The notes under the pieces are model-generated. The model had not been told where the DNA came from, ran no database searches, and worked only from the letters and a program-made list of their open reading frames with translations. The position numbers were made by a program, and so were the translations under genes. 64,000 nucleotides of DNA. It comes from a virus (lineage: Duplodnaviria; Heunggongvirae; Uroviricota; Caudoviricetes). Shown here piece after piece: positions 26,762-35,983 of this stretch; within the stretch, counting starts at the first letter, position 1; every line of letters begins with the position of its first letter. The DNA lies in IMG/VR virus record IMGVR_UViG_3300010373_001364, positions 48,116-112,115 of that record, one strand, 5' to 3'.

Positions 26762-27282
26762 TTAGTTTTCTTGAGTATTCACATAACTTAGAGCAAATAT
26801 CTTCGTCCTTCGATAAGATGGTTAAGGACAGAGGGGCACATAGCGCTGGGAGCCAATTGAGTTTTATTCTCGATGCGGTGCCCCCTGACTTTATGGACAA
26901 GCTACCAGACGGGTCGCGAGCAAATGCTGCCCTTGTTCTAAGAAACATCTTGCTTCACAAGACGGAAGCCTGGGATGAATTAGGGAAATTTGTTGAAGTC
27001 CTCTGGGACCAACCTGTCCCTGGTCCCGGTCAAACTTTGGGAAGGGATCTTCTCAATTGGGTATCTGCTAAGGTCATGGAGGATACTCAATCAGAGTTCT
27101 TCATCTCCTATTCTGGTAAGTTGTCCAAGAGCGGAGCATATCACTATACCAAGAAACACATGCGCGTCTTTGTTGGTAATCATAACTATCGTTGGGGACC
27201 ATACCGTAAGGTACTGAACACCATACAAGGTGACTACGCGCAACACTTCACCAACTATCGGCAGAAGCAGATGGAGCGTTAA
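26758..27282 (+). CDS. hypothetical protein
   Basis: MISFLEY; ATGA overlap with the upstream gene. Confidence 0.7.
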   Translation: MISFLEYSHNLEQISSSFDKMVKDRGAHSAGSQLSFILDAVPPDFMDKLPDGSRANAALVLRNILLHKTEAWDELGKFVEVLWDQPVPGPGQTLGRDLLNWVSAKVMEDTQSEFFISYSGKLSKSGAYHYTKKHMRVFVGNHNYRWGPYRKVLNTIQGDYAQHFTNYRQKQMER

Positions 27283-27506
27283 TCTTCTCTAGGATCTGGT
27301 GAACAGCAATCGCAGTAGTTCCTACCTGCCCAATCAAAGCTTTCAAGGGGAACAGCACAAGACCTACAGAACTTCTCTAGCACTTTCTTCCTGCGCTCAT
27401 CAGATAACAGGGAAAGAGCTTCAAGAGCCATTTTAGCAGCTTCATCATGTACAGCATTAAGTCGTCTCTCCAAATCAGGTGGAAGAGGAGTGTCTTCATT
27501 CATCAT
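27279..27506 (-). CDS. small Cys-containing hypothetical protein
   Basis: SD AGGAG; C-x-x-C ... C-x-C-C. Confidence 0.65.
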   Translation of the reverse strand: MMNEDTPLPPDLERRLNAVHDEAAKMALEALSLLSDERRKKVLEKFCRSCAVPLESFDWAGRNYCDCCSPDPRED

Positions 27507-27509
27507 CTT

Positions 27510-28117
27510 TCTCCTAAGCGCTTAGACTTTCTTAGACTTGCGTACTAAGAAAAGGCAAATTAGCGAATTTTCGGCTTTAATAAAGTAGCGCTATTCTGCG
27601 CTAGTTTTACTAAACTCAGCGCTACTTATCACTAGCAGGTTCAGCACTTCTGAAGCAGGCGCACCCACCCCTTACGGGATGGGTGTTGAAGGGACTTCCT
27701 CGCAGTTCGTCCCTCCCAGGTGGTGTGTTTTTGTTATCGAAGCCCTCCCAGGATCAACCCCTAGCTCCGTCCCTAGCCTTGCTTCAGTTCCATCGTGGTA
27801 GATGGTAACGAGTTACCTAAATAACATTTGCAAGACCTACATGCAGTGTGTGGTCGCGCACATGCCGTACCTGCCTATAACCCCCCTTGCGGATAGGGCA
27901 GCACCGATACGTTTGCGGGAATCTGTTTCAGAAGTATCGTTGTTACGCCGTTCAGTTTTCTAGGGAGTCTTAGTCCACTCGTACTGTCCGCACGGCATTT
28001 ACGCGGTCGCCCAACCTGGGGCTATGTTATCAAGGACTCTAATCCGGCGCAAGGTGTTTTGCAACCCCACCTGCTCCGAGATTTTTCTACCAAAAGGTAC
28101 GAGTTGCAAAAGCGGGA
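27510..28117 (-). ncRNA. candidate large structured ncRNA (about 600 nt)
   Basis: No credible protein-coding frame; hairpins with GNRA loops on the minus strand (GTAA 27662-27685, GCAA 27529-27551 and 27881-27897); 9-bp stem 27584-27592/27618-27626; TAGATA box at 28127-28122 pointing into it. Confidence 0.5.
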
Positions 28118-28137
28118 AGGATATCTATGCTTGTGAT

Positions 28138-29574
28138 ATGGCACCGAACACGACGCTCAAGATCGAGAACACATTCTCGCAACTGTTTACCGAAGACCAG
28201 CGAGTGAAGGACATCCTTTGGGGCGCAATGCGCTTTCGTGAAAGGAATTACTTCCATAACGTCCGTTACAAGATGAAGATGTGGGATGGCTACATCGACT
28301 TCTTCAAGAGAGAAAGCGGACGCTTCTTGACGGGACTTCTGCCCGAAGTACGGTTGGCACTCAAGCAGATGGGCGTCGAGTATGCTGTCATTGACAAGCG
28401 TAATGCCGTCAAATTTACTCAGGAAAAGGTAGATGAGCAATGGCTTATGAAATATCTCCAGCCGGGGATGAAGCCTGTTGAGTTGCGTGACTACCAAGTA
28501 GACTACATCAATCAGTCCTTCCGTAACCTGCGTGGTATCGTCTATGCCCCTACGAGCGCCGGTAAGACAAACATCCTGATCGGCACTTTGCTCGCTTTGC
28601 CGCCTGATACCCCTACCTTGGTTCTGGCAAACCGTAAGTCCCTGGTGGATCAGAACTATGAAGAAATACGCATGTGGGGCATCAAGGACGTGGGGCGATT
28701 CTACGGCGACCATAAGGAAGTTAGAAGCATCACCTGCGCCACGGTTCAGTCCGCGCATCTTTTGAAAGCACACTTCCCGAAAGTGAAATGCCTTTTCGTG
28801 GATGAGATCCACGAAATGATGTCCAAGAAGCCGCGAGCGGTTTATAATGCCTGCCGGAACGCATCAGTGCGCATCGGCATGTCTGCGACACCATTCAAAT
28901 TTGGCGAAAAGGATAAGGTTCAGAAGTACGAGGTGAAAGGTTACATCGGTCCCGTTTTTGTGGCGAGCAACACTGAAACGGGGCGATTGTCCACCAAGGA
29001 TCTCCAGGCTCGCGAGATTCTTGCCTCTGCGGATTGCGTCTTTTACCCAATCCATGAGCCGAAGCTGCCTTACCACATTTACCTTGATGCGGTAACAGAT
29101 GGCATCGCTCACAACATGGTTCTCCATGAGATGACCCGCCGCCTGGTTGAGAAACTGGACGGCAGGGTACTTATCATCGTGGAGCGTATCTCTCACGGCG
29201 ACCTTCTCCATGATCTGATCCCAGGCAGTCTTTGGGTGCGTGGTCAGGATACGATAGAAATTCGCAAAGACATCATTAAGAAACTCAAAGAAAATACCAA
29301 CAAAACTGTGGCAATCGCTACCAGTGGTATTTTCAATACAGGCATCAACGTATTTGTTCACAGTTTGATCAACTGTGCTGGTGGTCAGGCAGAACACCAG
29401 ATTGTTCAACGCTTCGGTCGCGGTTTGCGTGTTGCAGATGATAAGAAGCACCTGAAGTATTACGACTGGATCTTTACCAATAACGACTATCTGGAGAAGC
29501 ACTCTTGGAAAAGAGTGGATATTCTTCAGAAAGAAGGTCACAAGGTCACGATTATGGAGGAGTTCGATTTATGA
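28138..29574 (+). CDS. superfamily 2 helicase, UvsW-like
   Basis: LRDYQ, APTSAGKT, VDEIH, GMSATP, QRFGRGLR. Confidence 0.9.
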   Translation: MAPNTTLKIENTFSQLFTEDQRVKDILWGAMRFRERNYFHNVRYKMKMWDGYIDFFKRESGRFLTGLLPEVRLALKQMGVEYAVIDKRNAVKFTQEKVDEQWLMKYLQPGMKPVELRDYQVDYINQSFRNLRGIVYAPTSAGKTNILIGTLLALPPDTPTLVLANRKSLVDQNYEEIRMWGIKDVGRFYGDHKEVRSITCATVQSAHLLKAHFPKVKCLFVDEIHEMMSKKPRAVYNACRNASVRIGMSATPFKFGEKDKVQKYEVKGYIGPVFVASNTETGRLSTKDLQAREILASADCVFYPIHEPKLPYHIYLDAVTDGIAHNMVLHEMTRRLVEKLDGRVLIIVERISHGDLLHDLIPGSLWVRGQDTIEIRKDIIKKLKENTNKTVAIATSGIFNTGINVFVHSLINCAGGQAEHQIVQRFGRGLRVADDKKHLKYYDWIFTNNDYLEKHSWKRVDILQKEGHKVTIMEEFDL

Positions 29575-30035
29575 GGACGATGATTATGCTGCTGCTGGGT
29601 GTAGTTGGATGTAGTTCGGCGCAAACGCCTCGTATTGTTCCCGATGCTCCTGATAGGCAGCTTTCCCCTCTCGCCAAAGAAATCTGCCGGCGTGCCCAGA
29701 AAGTGAAAAGTTGGAAAGAGGGGAAGACAACATCTGGTATTGACGAATCTGGTTTACATAACTGGTACGTCACCACACACTTTACAGATGGTAAAGTAGA
29801 AGTCTGGAAGTGCCGCGAGAGATGGAGTACAGGTTACGGCTTTCATGTGAATGGTAAGCCTCTTTGTCTATTCCTTGATGTAGCGGAAAATGAATATATG
29901 CGAGGAGTGGCAAAGGCTCTCTTTCTGCGATTGGATCAAGAGATAAGTGAACCAAGAAGGCAGAAGGAGGGAAAGATAGCTGATGAGAAGAGACAGAGAG
30001 AAGCGGACGGGGTATTACGGGAGATTTTGAAATGA
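29571..30035 (+). CDS. putative lipoprotein
   Basis: MRTMIMLLLGVVGC lipobox-like; ATGA overlap. Confidence 0.6.
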   Translation: MRTMIMLLLGVVGCSSAQTPRIVPDAPDRQLSPLAKEICRRAQKVKSWKEGKTTSGIDESGLHNWYVTTHFTDGKVEVWKCRERWSTGYGFHVNGKPLCLFLDVAENEYMRGVAKALFLRLDQEISEPRRQKEGKIADEKRQREADGVLREILK

Positions 30036-30409
30036 AGTATACGGTGCAAAGCAACTGGAGTCTCCCTCGCCGTGACGATGGCTGGAAGACCTTTGGTCTT
30101 GATCCAAATAAGAGATTTGATGACCTAGATCAGGCGATCAACAACCTTGTTTACAATTCCAACCTTGCCAGAATTGTTTGCGATATTCGCGTCATCGATG
30201 AGGATGGTAAGGTCTATGCCCGCTACGTCCCTGATCATGATACCCGACTGCCGGGATGTCGTTGGCAGTTGATACAGAACGCAGCGTATCTTTTGTGGGA
30301 GAGGGCAGGAAGACCAGAAGGACGCTCTGATGATTTCTGGCTCCAGGCAGAGCAAGGTTTAGGGGAATGTAAGGGAGTTTTCATTGGGGAAGAACTAAAT
30401 ATGGTGTGA
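30032..30409 (+). CDS. protein with C-terminal DUF2934-like domain
   Basis: LIQNAAYLLWERAGRPEGRSDDFWLQAEQ. Confidence 0.75.
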   Translation: MKYTVQSNWSLPRRDDGWKTFGLDPNKRFDDLDQAINNLVYNSNLARIVCDIRVIDEDGKVYARYVPDHDTRLPGCRWQLIQNAAYLLWERAGRPEGRSDDFWLQAEQGLGECKGVFIGEELNMV

Positions 30410-30831
30410 CCACAACAAAAGGAGTTGTCATGCCACTTAGCCAGTTCGATATCGTCCAGCCTGAAATCAACCAAGAGGCTTTGACTCTTGGTGTCACCGT
30501 TACTCCACAGGACATAAACCCCCAACCGCCAAACTTGGCTCCCAATCAGTACGATGCCGACAGTTATTCAACACCGCCTTTGCCGACCGAGAACGTGGTC
30601 AGTCAGGGCTTGATCATTGATCAGAGCGACAATTCTCAAATACGAGGACAACCGGAGTTTAATAAACCCTGGAAGCCGCAGTTCAACAGCGGTTGTTGCT
30701 CGACCTGTAAGAATCCGATTCCAACGCCGACTTGCACCACCAGAGTGCAAGCCTTCACTCGCTATAGCCAAGACTCGTCCCTGGCAACTACAATTGTTAC
30801 CAGCGGCGATTGTCCATGTCAAAACAATTGA
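30406..30831 (+). CDS. hypothetical Pro/Gln/Cys-rich protein
   Basis: GTGA overlap; TAAATA 4 nt upstream. Confidence 0.6.
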   Translation: MTTTKGVVMPLSQFDIVQPEINQEALTLGVTVTPQDINPQPPNLAPNQYDADSYSTPPLPTENVVSQGLIIDQSDNSQIRGQPEFNKPWKPQFNSGCCSTCKNPIPTPTCTTRVQAFTRYSQDSSLATTIVTSGDCPCQNN

Positions 30832-30849
30832 CTATAGCTCTATTACCAC

Positions 30850-31686
30850 ATGATAAAGAACTCATTGAGAGACGTGACCATGCCGGATCGTTTAGACGAA
30901 TCCGGCATTGGTCTAAGTGTTCTCATTTGCACCGCCTACAAGCATCATTTCAACTGGATGACCTATTCCAACTGGTATTCAGTGTACAAAAACCTCCCTA
31001 ACGCTAAGGTTGCAATCACCTGCCCCCGTTCGCCTAAAATAGATAACTACTTCTATCATTGGGTGTACAAGTGCGGCGATCTCCGTTACAACCTCCATAA
31101 GAATGTTGGTGAAAAGATGGGGTTGCCCTATCTCAACAAACTTTACGGGGTCTACCTGGCGTTAAAGGAAGGTTTGGTGAAGCAACCCTTGGTGGTGCTG
31201 GATGCAGATATGGTAGCTTTACGGGATTTATCGAAAGCTACGGTGGACAAGTTCAATGAGGTTGAGTTCGCAACTGTTCGATGCCCATACCAATTGGAAT
31301 TTTCCGGCAAGCCGGTGGGTCCGATTTGGTTCTTTAATCGAGTTCCTCTGGAAAAGGTGGCACAGGCAATAAATACCTTGAGAACACTGAAGGGGAAGGA
31401 ACACCTTGATTTACTAGCCCTTTCCAAAGTTTTCGGAGACAGCGTGAATGTCTTAGAAGAACTTGGTTGTGAGGCTGGTGAGAACGAGGTTGCTACTTTT
31501 GCCCACTACGGCAACGGCTGTGGTAGCTTCACGAAAAAGGATTGGGAGAAGGGAAGAACTGTACCTCCTTTCAATGTCGCCTACGCCCTTCAGTCCACCA
31601 ATATGTCTCTCAACGAGAGAAAAGTCTTAGCCCTGTGGGGTCAGATGGGCACTCTCTGGGAGGCTGTCAACCAGATCAGAATTTAA
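30850..31686 (+). CDS. putative glycosyltransferase-like (GT-A) protein
   Basis: LSVLICT N-terminal strand and VVLDADMV DxD motif. Confidence 0.45.
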   Translation: MIKNSLRDVTMPDRLDESGIGLSVLICTAYKHHFNWMTYSNWYSVYKNLPNAKVAITCPRSPKIDNYFYHWVYKCGDLRYNLHKNVGEKMGLPYLNKLYGVYLALKEGLVKQPLVVLDADMVALRDLSKATVDKFNEVEFATVRCPYQLEFSGKPVGPIWFFNRVPLEKVAQAINTLRTLKGKEHLDLLALSKVFGDSVNVLEELGCEAGENEVATFAHYGNGCGSFTKKDWEKGRTVPPFNVAYALQSTNMSLNERKVLALWGQMGTLWEAVNQIRI

Positions 31687-31695
31687 GGAGCCATC

Positions 31696-31953
31696 ATGGA
31701 GTACATCGACAGTTTTGATCAGGACGACGATGATTTCGATGAAGCTGAGGCGGAAATGATGGCAGACGCAATTGCACAATCCAACAAGAATCATGAGGAG
31801 CAACTCAAGCTCGCTAATAGGCAGATGAGCCACGATCTCCTTGACAAAGCCATTTTCATCTCGAAAGGTTGGTTCTGGGGTTTGATACCACATTCGGTGA
31901 AGTTACTCAGAGTGGCAGATGCCTATGAAACTCTCAAAAAACTTATCGATTGA
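31696..31953 (+). CDS. hypothetical acidic protein
   Basis: SD AAGGAG. Confidence 0.7.
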   Translation: MEYIDSFDQDDDDFDEAEAEMMADAIAQSNKNHEEQLKLANRQMSHDLLDKAIFISKGWFWGLIPHSVKLLRVADAYETLKKLID

Positions 31954-31991
31954 TATGGATTTTCAAGATGTGATCATCCTATCATGATAAT

Positions 31992-32519
31992 ATGGAAATT
32001 GATATTGTCACGGGTCCACCGCTTGATGTAGTTACCGAACCCCCGATAGACCAGACGACGAAGATCGGCACTCCCGACTTCATTAAAGACCTTCTGATTG
32101 AACTCAATAAGAAGAAGGTCTGGCGCAGTTTATCCTCTCTCGCCACTATCTTACACGTCGATCCCAAGGCGCTGAGCGAGTGGCTGGACCGCTCTCCTCA
32201 ATTTATCCGTCGCGCCGGCAAGGAAAAGGGCATCCTCTACTACGCCCTTTCTTCGCGTATTGAGTCTGAAACCACCTCTAAGAAGAAAACTCCTTTGGAT
32301 CGTATGTCCAAAGAGGAGGAAAACTACTCCTTGGGCATGTTGCATTTGATCTATTTCCAGTTGTACAAGGTCTTGAAGACCTATGGTTTGGAGATCAGTC
32401 AGTGTGACTCTGAGGCTTTTTCAAACTTTACAACTTCTTTAGACAAATTGGAGTCTGGGTTACTTCTCTTTAGTAAGAAAACCAAGGCATCAATGGAGAG
32501 GTTGCCAAAATTTAATTGA
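31992..32519 (+). CDS. hypothetical protein, possible winged HTH
   Basis: WRSLSSLATILHVDPKALSEWL. Confidence 0.65.
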   Translation: MEIDIVTGPPLDVVTEPPIDQTTKIGTPDFIKDLLIELNKKKVWRSLSSLATILHVDPKALSEWLDRSPQFIRRAGKEKGILYYALSSRIESETTSKKKTPLDRMSKEEENYSLGMLHLIYFQLYKVLKTYGLEISQCDSEAFSNFTTSLDKLESGLLLFSKKTKASMERLPKFN

Positions 32520-32526
32520 GGTAAAG

Positions 32527-32826
32527 ATGCAAGTGCAAACAGATTTCTCGAAAAGTGAAGACCTGAAGATGGAAGTTAACTTCAGTAATGGTGCAGTTGA
32601 GATTGTAATTAAAGACGCCAAAGACAAGGTGAATGTACAGTTGAGTCACACAGACTTTGCAGCACTTCAGAGATTCATTGGCATCAGGAAGGATCAGGAA
32701 AGAGAGCGCCGACTGAAGATTATGATCGAGAATCCCGATGATTTCAAGAATTGCGGCTTCCGTCCCGGTTCCTTGGATGAAAAGCTGTTCAATTACGCGG
32801 AAAGGGAGTGGGCTATCGATTTGTAA
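32527..32826 (+). CDS. hypothetical protein
   Basis: SD GAGG; co-oriented. Confidence 0.7.
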   Translation: MQVQTDFSKSEDLKMEVNFSNGAVEIVIKDAKDKVNVQLSHTDFAALQRFIGIRKDQERERRLKIMIENPDDFKNCGFRPGSLDEKLFNYAEREWAIDL

Positions 32827-32837
32827 GAAGGAGAAAG

Positions 32838-33005
32838 ATGTTTGTGTACTGTGATAAGTGTGGATACGATTCTGGTGACGAGAGCAGCAATACCGAGCTT
32901 GCCAAGAAGGTCTTGGAGGACGGAGGCTTGATGTTCGACACCCAGCAAGGTTGGTACATCGAATGTCCTCAAGGTCACAATAGGGATGAGATCCACATGG
33001 ATTAG
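32838..33005 (+). CDS. small zinc-ribbon protein
   Basis: CDKCG ... ECPQGH; SD AAGGAG. Confidence 0.7.
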   Translation: MFVYCDKCGYDSGDESSNTELAKKVLEDGGLMFDTQQGWYIECPQGHNRDEIHMD

Positions 33006-33012
33006 GAGGAAT

Positions 33013-33351
33013 ATGCCTGAATACAGTTTCCGCTGCACTAAGAAGAAGTGTCAGCATGAGTTTAATGCCCTTTGCTCTTTCGATGATTTCGATGAAGGCT
33101 TCTCTGGCATTAAGTGTCCGGCTTGTGGTAAGAAGAAACCTGAGCATATCTTTGCTTTGAATCGCGTTCATTTTGTTGGCAGCACTGACAAAATGAACAA
33201 CTTTGAGTATGCTGCTGAGAAGAACTTTGAGAAAGCACAGATAGAGAGTTCTACCGCCAGAGAAGAAGCGGCGAAGAAGGGAATCACCAGTCCTTATGCG
33301 AATTTGCCAGACTTCACCGACAATGGCAACAGAATGAATTTCGTTGATTGA
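33013..33351 (+). CDS. FmdB-family zinc-ribbon protein
   Basis: MPEYSFRC..C.HEF ... CPACG; SD AGGAGG. Confidence 0.75.
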   Translation: MPEYSFRCTKKKCQHEFNALCSFDDFDEGFSGIKCPACGKKKPEHIFALNRVHFVGSTDKMNNFEYAAEKNFEKAQIESSTAREEAAKKGITSPYANLPDFTDNGNRMNFVD

Positions 33352-33416
33352 TTAGTATTGATGTTTTTGTCACTAAAAGGTAGACTACCAATACACCCTG
33401 GATTGGAGAGATATAC

Positions 33417-35504
33417 ATGCATGTCAAGAATCGATTGAATAACTTGGCTCATCTGTGGGACAGGCGAGCTTACGAAAAACTCCACAAGGAGATGTCGGTA
33501 GACGATTATGTCGATTTTGTTTTCGACAAGCCTTCACTTCTTAGATCGGCATACCAGCGTCTCTACGACTGTATTTTGGCAGGAGGAACAACCACTTCCG
33601 AGCGCTACCGCAAGACGATAGTTCGTTACAACTTCTTTGACAAGGTTGGCGATGATTTAGCCATCTATGGTCTTGAAGAGAACTTGATGGAACTCGTTAA
33701 AAACATTCGCGGTGCCGCTGGTTGGTTTGGACCTGACCGTCGTCTCTTGCTGCTTCACGGTCCAGTGGGTAGTGCCAAGTCTACCATTTGCCGATGTTTC
33801 AAGCGTGGTCTGGAGCAATACTCCAAGACCGATGCCGGCGAGATGTATACCTTCAAGTGGGTTGGATTGCCCGGTGACATCTATGTGCGTCCAGAAATCG
33901 TGGACCCGATGCACACCGACCCTATCAAGCTCCTGCCTTGGGAGATTCGCTCTCAGGTCGAGAAGGACATCAATACCCTTCTCCTTGATCGCGTTCCCGA
34001 CCATGAGAAGGCAAATGTCAACCGGGTGAAGCTGAAGGGTAATCTAAACCCCTTCTCCCGCTTCGTCTGGGATGAGTTGATGGTGAAGTATAATGGCGAC
34101 TGGCGTAGGATTCTTGCCGAACACATCAAAGTCGTTCGCTTCGTTATTGACGAGGACAAGCGTGTTGGTATTGGTACGTTCCAGCCCAAGGACGAGAAGA
34201 ACCAAGACTCCACCGAGTTGACAGGTGATATCAATTACGCCCTGTTGGGTCAGTATGGTATTGACTCTGATCCTCGCGCCTTCTCCTTCGACGGCGAGCT
34301 TCAGCGTGCCAATCGTGGTGTCATGGAATTCATGGAAGTCTTAAAGCTCGCCAGGGAATTTTTGTACGATCTCTTAGGTGCCTGTCAGGAAAAGCAGATC
34401 AAGCCCAAGAAATTCAGCCAAATTGACATCGACTTGGTGTTGGTTGGTCATACCAACCTGCCCGATTACAAGCGAGTCGAGGCGGATGAGACAATGGAGG
34501 CTTTGAAGGATCGCACTATCCGCGTTGATGTTCCTTACCTTCGCAAGTGGGGTGATGAAGTCAAGGTTCTTGAGCAAGACTTCAACCCAGAGAGCGTCTA
34601 CCGCCACATCGCCCCTCACACCATCAAGATCGCGGCTCTTGTGACTACCTTGAGTCGTCTGAAGCAGCCTAAGAAGGGCAACATGAACTTGGTGGACAAG
34701 GCGAAGTTGTATAATGGCGGCACCATTGAGGGCTTCAACGAGGATTCTGTCAAGGAGTTAATGGACGAGTACCCCGATGAGGGTCTAAGTGGACTATCTG
34801 CCCGTTATGCGCAGAACAAGTTTTCCAACTGCGTCGCCAGCATGAAGCACAAGTATATCAACGGCTTCATGGTCCTTAAGGAAATGGAAGATGGTTTGAA
34901 AACTCATGCTCTCATTGAGAACGCGGAGCAGCTAAAGCAGTTCCATCAATGCATTGACGCTGCTAAGGAGGAATACGAGGAACTCCTCAAGGGTGATGTA
35001 CAGGACGCCTTGGTGCTTGATGACAATGCTATGAATCGCTTGCTGGCAAATTACCTTGATAACGTGGATGCCTATATCAACAAGGCTAAGGTCTTCGATG
35101 AATATACCAATCGCGAGGTTGAGCCTGATGAGCGACTGATGAGAAGCATCGAGGCTAAAGCAGAAATCCGCGAGGAGATGGCTCCCGATTTCCGTCGTAC
35201 CATCGCCGCCCAGATTGGCTCCTTGCACCGAAGGGGTCAGGAGTTCGATGTCAAGTCTAACCCGAAGCTGGAAGAAGCTCTCCGCATGAAGCTGTTTGAG
35301 GATGTTCGCGATACTATCAAGCTGAGTGCCTTGGGTCATGGCGCTTCTGTGGTTGAGCCTCATGTGCGTGAAAAGATTGATGCTGTTAAGCAGCGTTTGA
35401 TCAAGCACTACAGCTATAACGAAGAATCTGCCACCGATACCCTTAATTTCGTTGCCAGCATCTTTGCTCGTAGCGATCTCAAAAAGAAGAAGAAGGCTGA
35501 CTAA
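33417..35504 (+). CDS. prkA: PrkA/YeaG family AAA+ serine kinase
   Basis: LLLHGPVGSAKST, FQPKDEKNQD, FDGELQRANRG, EALKDR. Confidence 0.92.
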   Translation: MHVKNRLNNLAHLWDRRAYEKLHKEMSVDDYVDFVFDKPSLLRSAYQRLYDCILAGGTTTSERYRKTIVRYNFFDKVGDDLAIYGLEENLMELVKNIRGAAGWFGPDRRLLLLHGPVGSAKSTICRCFKRGLEQYSKTDAGEMYTFKWVGLPGDIYVRPEIVDPMHTDPIKLLPWEIRSQVEKDINTLLLDRVPDHEKANVNRVKLKGNLNPFSRFVWDELMVKYNGDWRRILAEHIKVVRFVIDEDKRVGIGTFQPKDEKNQDSTELTGDINYALLGQYGIDSDPRAFSFDGELQRANRGVMEFMEVLKLAREFLYDLLGACQEKQIKPKKFSQIDIDLVLVGHTNLPDYKRVEADETMEALKDRTIRVDVPYLRKWGDEVKVLEQDFNPESVYRHIAPHTIKIAALVTTLSRLKQPKKGNMNLVDKAKLYNGGTIEGFNEDSVKELMDEYPDEGLSGLSARYAQNKFSNCVASMKHKYINGFMVLKEMEDGLKTHALIENAEQLKQFHQCIDAAKEEYEELLKGDVQDALVLDDNAMNRLLANYLDNVDAYINKAKVFDEYTNREVEPDERLMRSIEAKAEIREEMAPDFRRTIAAQIGSLHRRGQEFDVKSNPKLEEALRMKLFEDVRDTIKLSALGHGASVVEPHVREKIDAVKQRLIKHYSYNEESATDTLNFVASIFARSDLKKKKKAD

Positions 35505-35510
35505 CAGGGG

Positions 35511-35540
35511 AACCGGACCTCTTAGGAGGTCCGGTTTTTT
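35511..35540 (+). terminator. intrinsic terminator after prkA
   Basis: AACCGGACCTC-TTAG-GAGGTCCGGTTTTTT. Confidence 0.85.
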
Positions 35541-35551
35541 CTAGGAGGGCT

Positions 35552-35983
35552 ATGCCAGGGTATCCTAAGCTTCAACTAAAGTTCATAAAGAGTTATTTCA
35601 GAGAGTATGGTTGTACTTTGCTAGAGAGCGAGTACACCTGCAACAAATCACCGTTGAAGTATAGGTGCAAGTGTGGGAAAGTGAGGGTGACTTGCTGGAA
35701 TAACTTTTCGCGTGGTTTCAGATGTCGCCTTTGCTACCTTAACCGTTTCAAAGGGAGCAGAGAGAAGAGGTTGAAAATGCTGAAGCTTAGGGAAAAGTTA
35801 TACACCCTTTCGGATGTAGCTAGGATGTTTGATTCTAGCCCGACCGAATTCTGGAATGCAGTTTACGTCAAAAAGATTATCTTCCCACCTGCCAGGCAGG
35901 TAGGTGATCGTCCACGCAAGTATTACACTGAAAAGGATGTCAAAGCCATCGGCAAGTTGCTGGAAACCACAAAGAGGGGATAA
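35552..35983 (+). CDS. Zn-binding plus HTH protein inserted in the prkA operon
   Basis: GCTLLESEY..NKSPLKYRCKCG...CRLC (motif seen in phage homing-endonuclease-associated domains); C-terminal MerR-like YTLSDVARMF...RKYYTEKDV. Confidence 0.6.
   Translation: MPGYPKLQLKFIKSYFREYGCTLLESEYTCNKSPLKYRCKCGKVRVTCWNNFSRGFRCRLCYLNRFKGSREKRLKMLKLREKLYTLSDVARMFDSSPTEFWNAVYVKKIIFPPARQVGDRPRKYYTEKDVKAIGKLLETTKRG

Noticed and set aside
27690-27760. RNase P RNA (GAGGAAGTCC on the minus strand)
   Set aside because: One base short of the CR-I consensus, and no matching 3' P4 strand downstream in the required order.
27740-28030. Minus-strand frame of about 100 codons broken only by TAG
   Set aside because: No SD/ATG at its 5' end, four TAGs, non-protein-like composition; RNA structure explains the region better.
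28024-28137. N-terminal extension of the helicase ORF
   Set aside because: Cys-rich non-helicase sequence; ATG 28138 is a better start.
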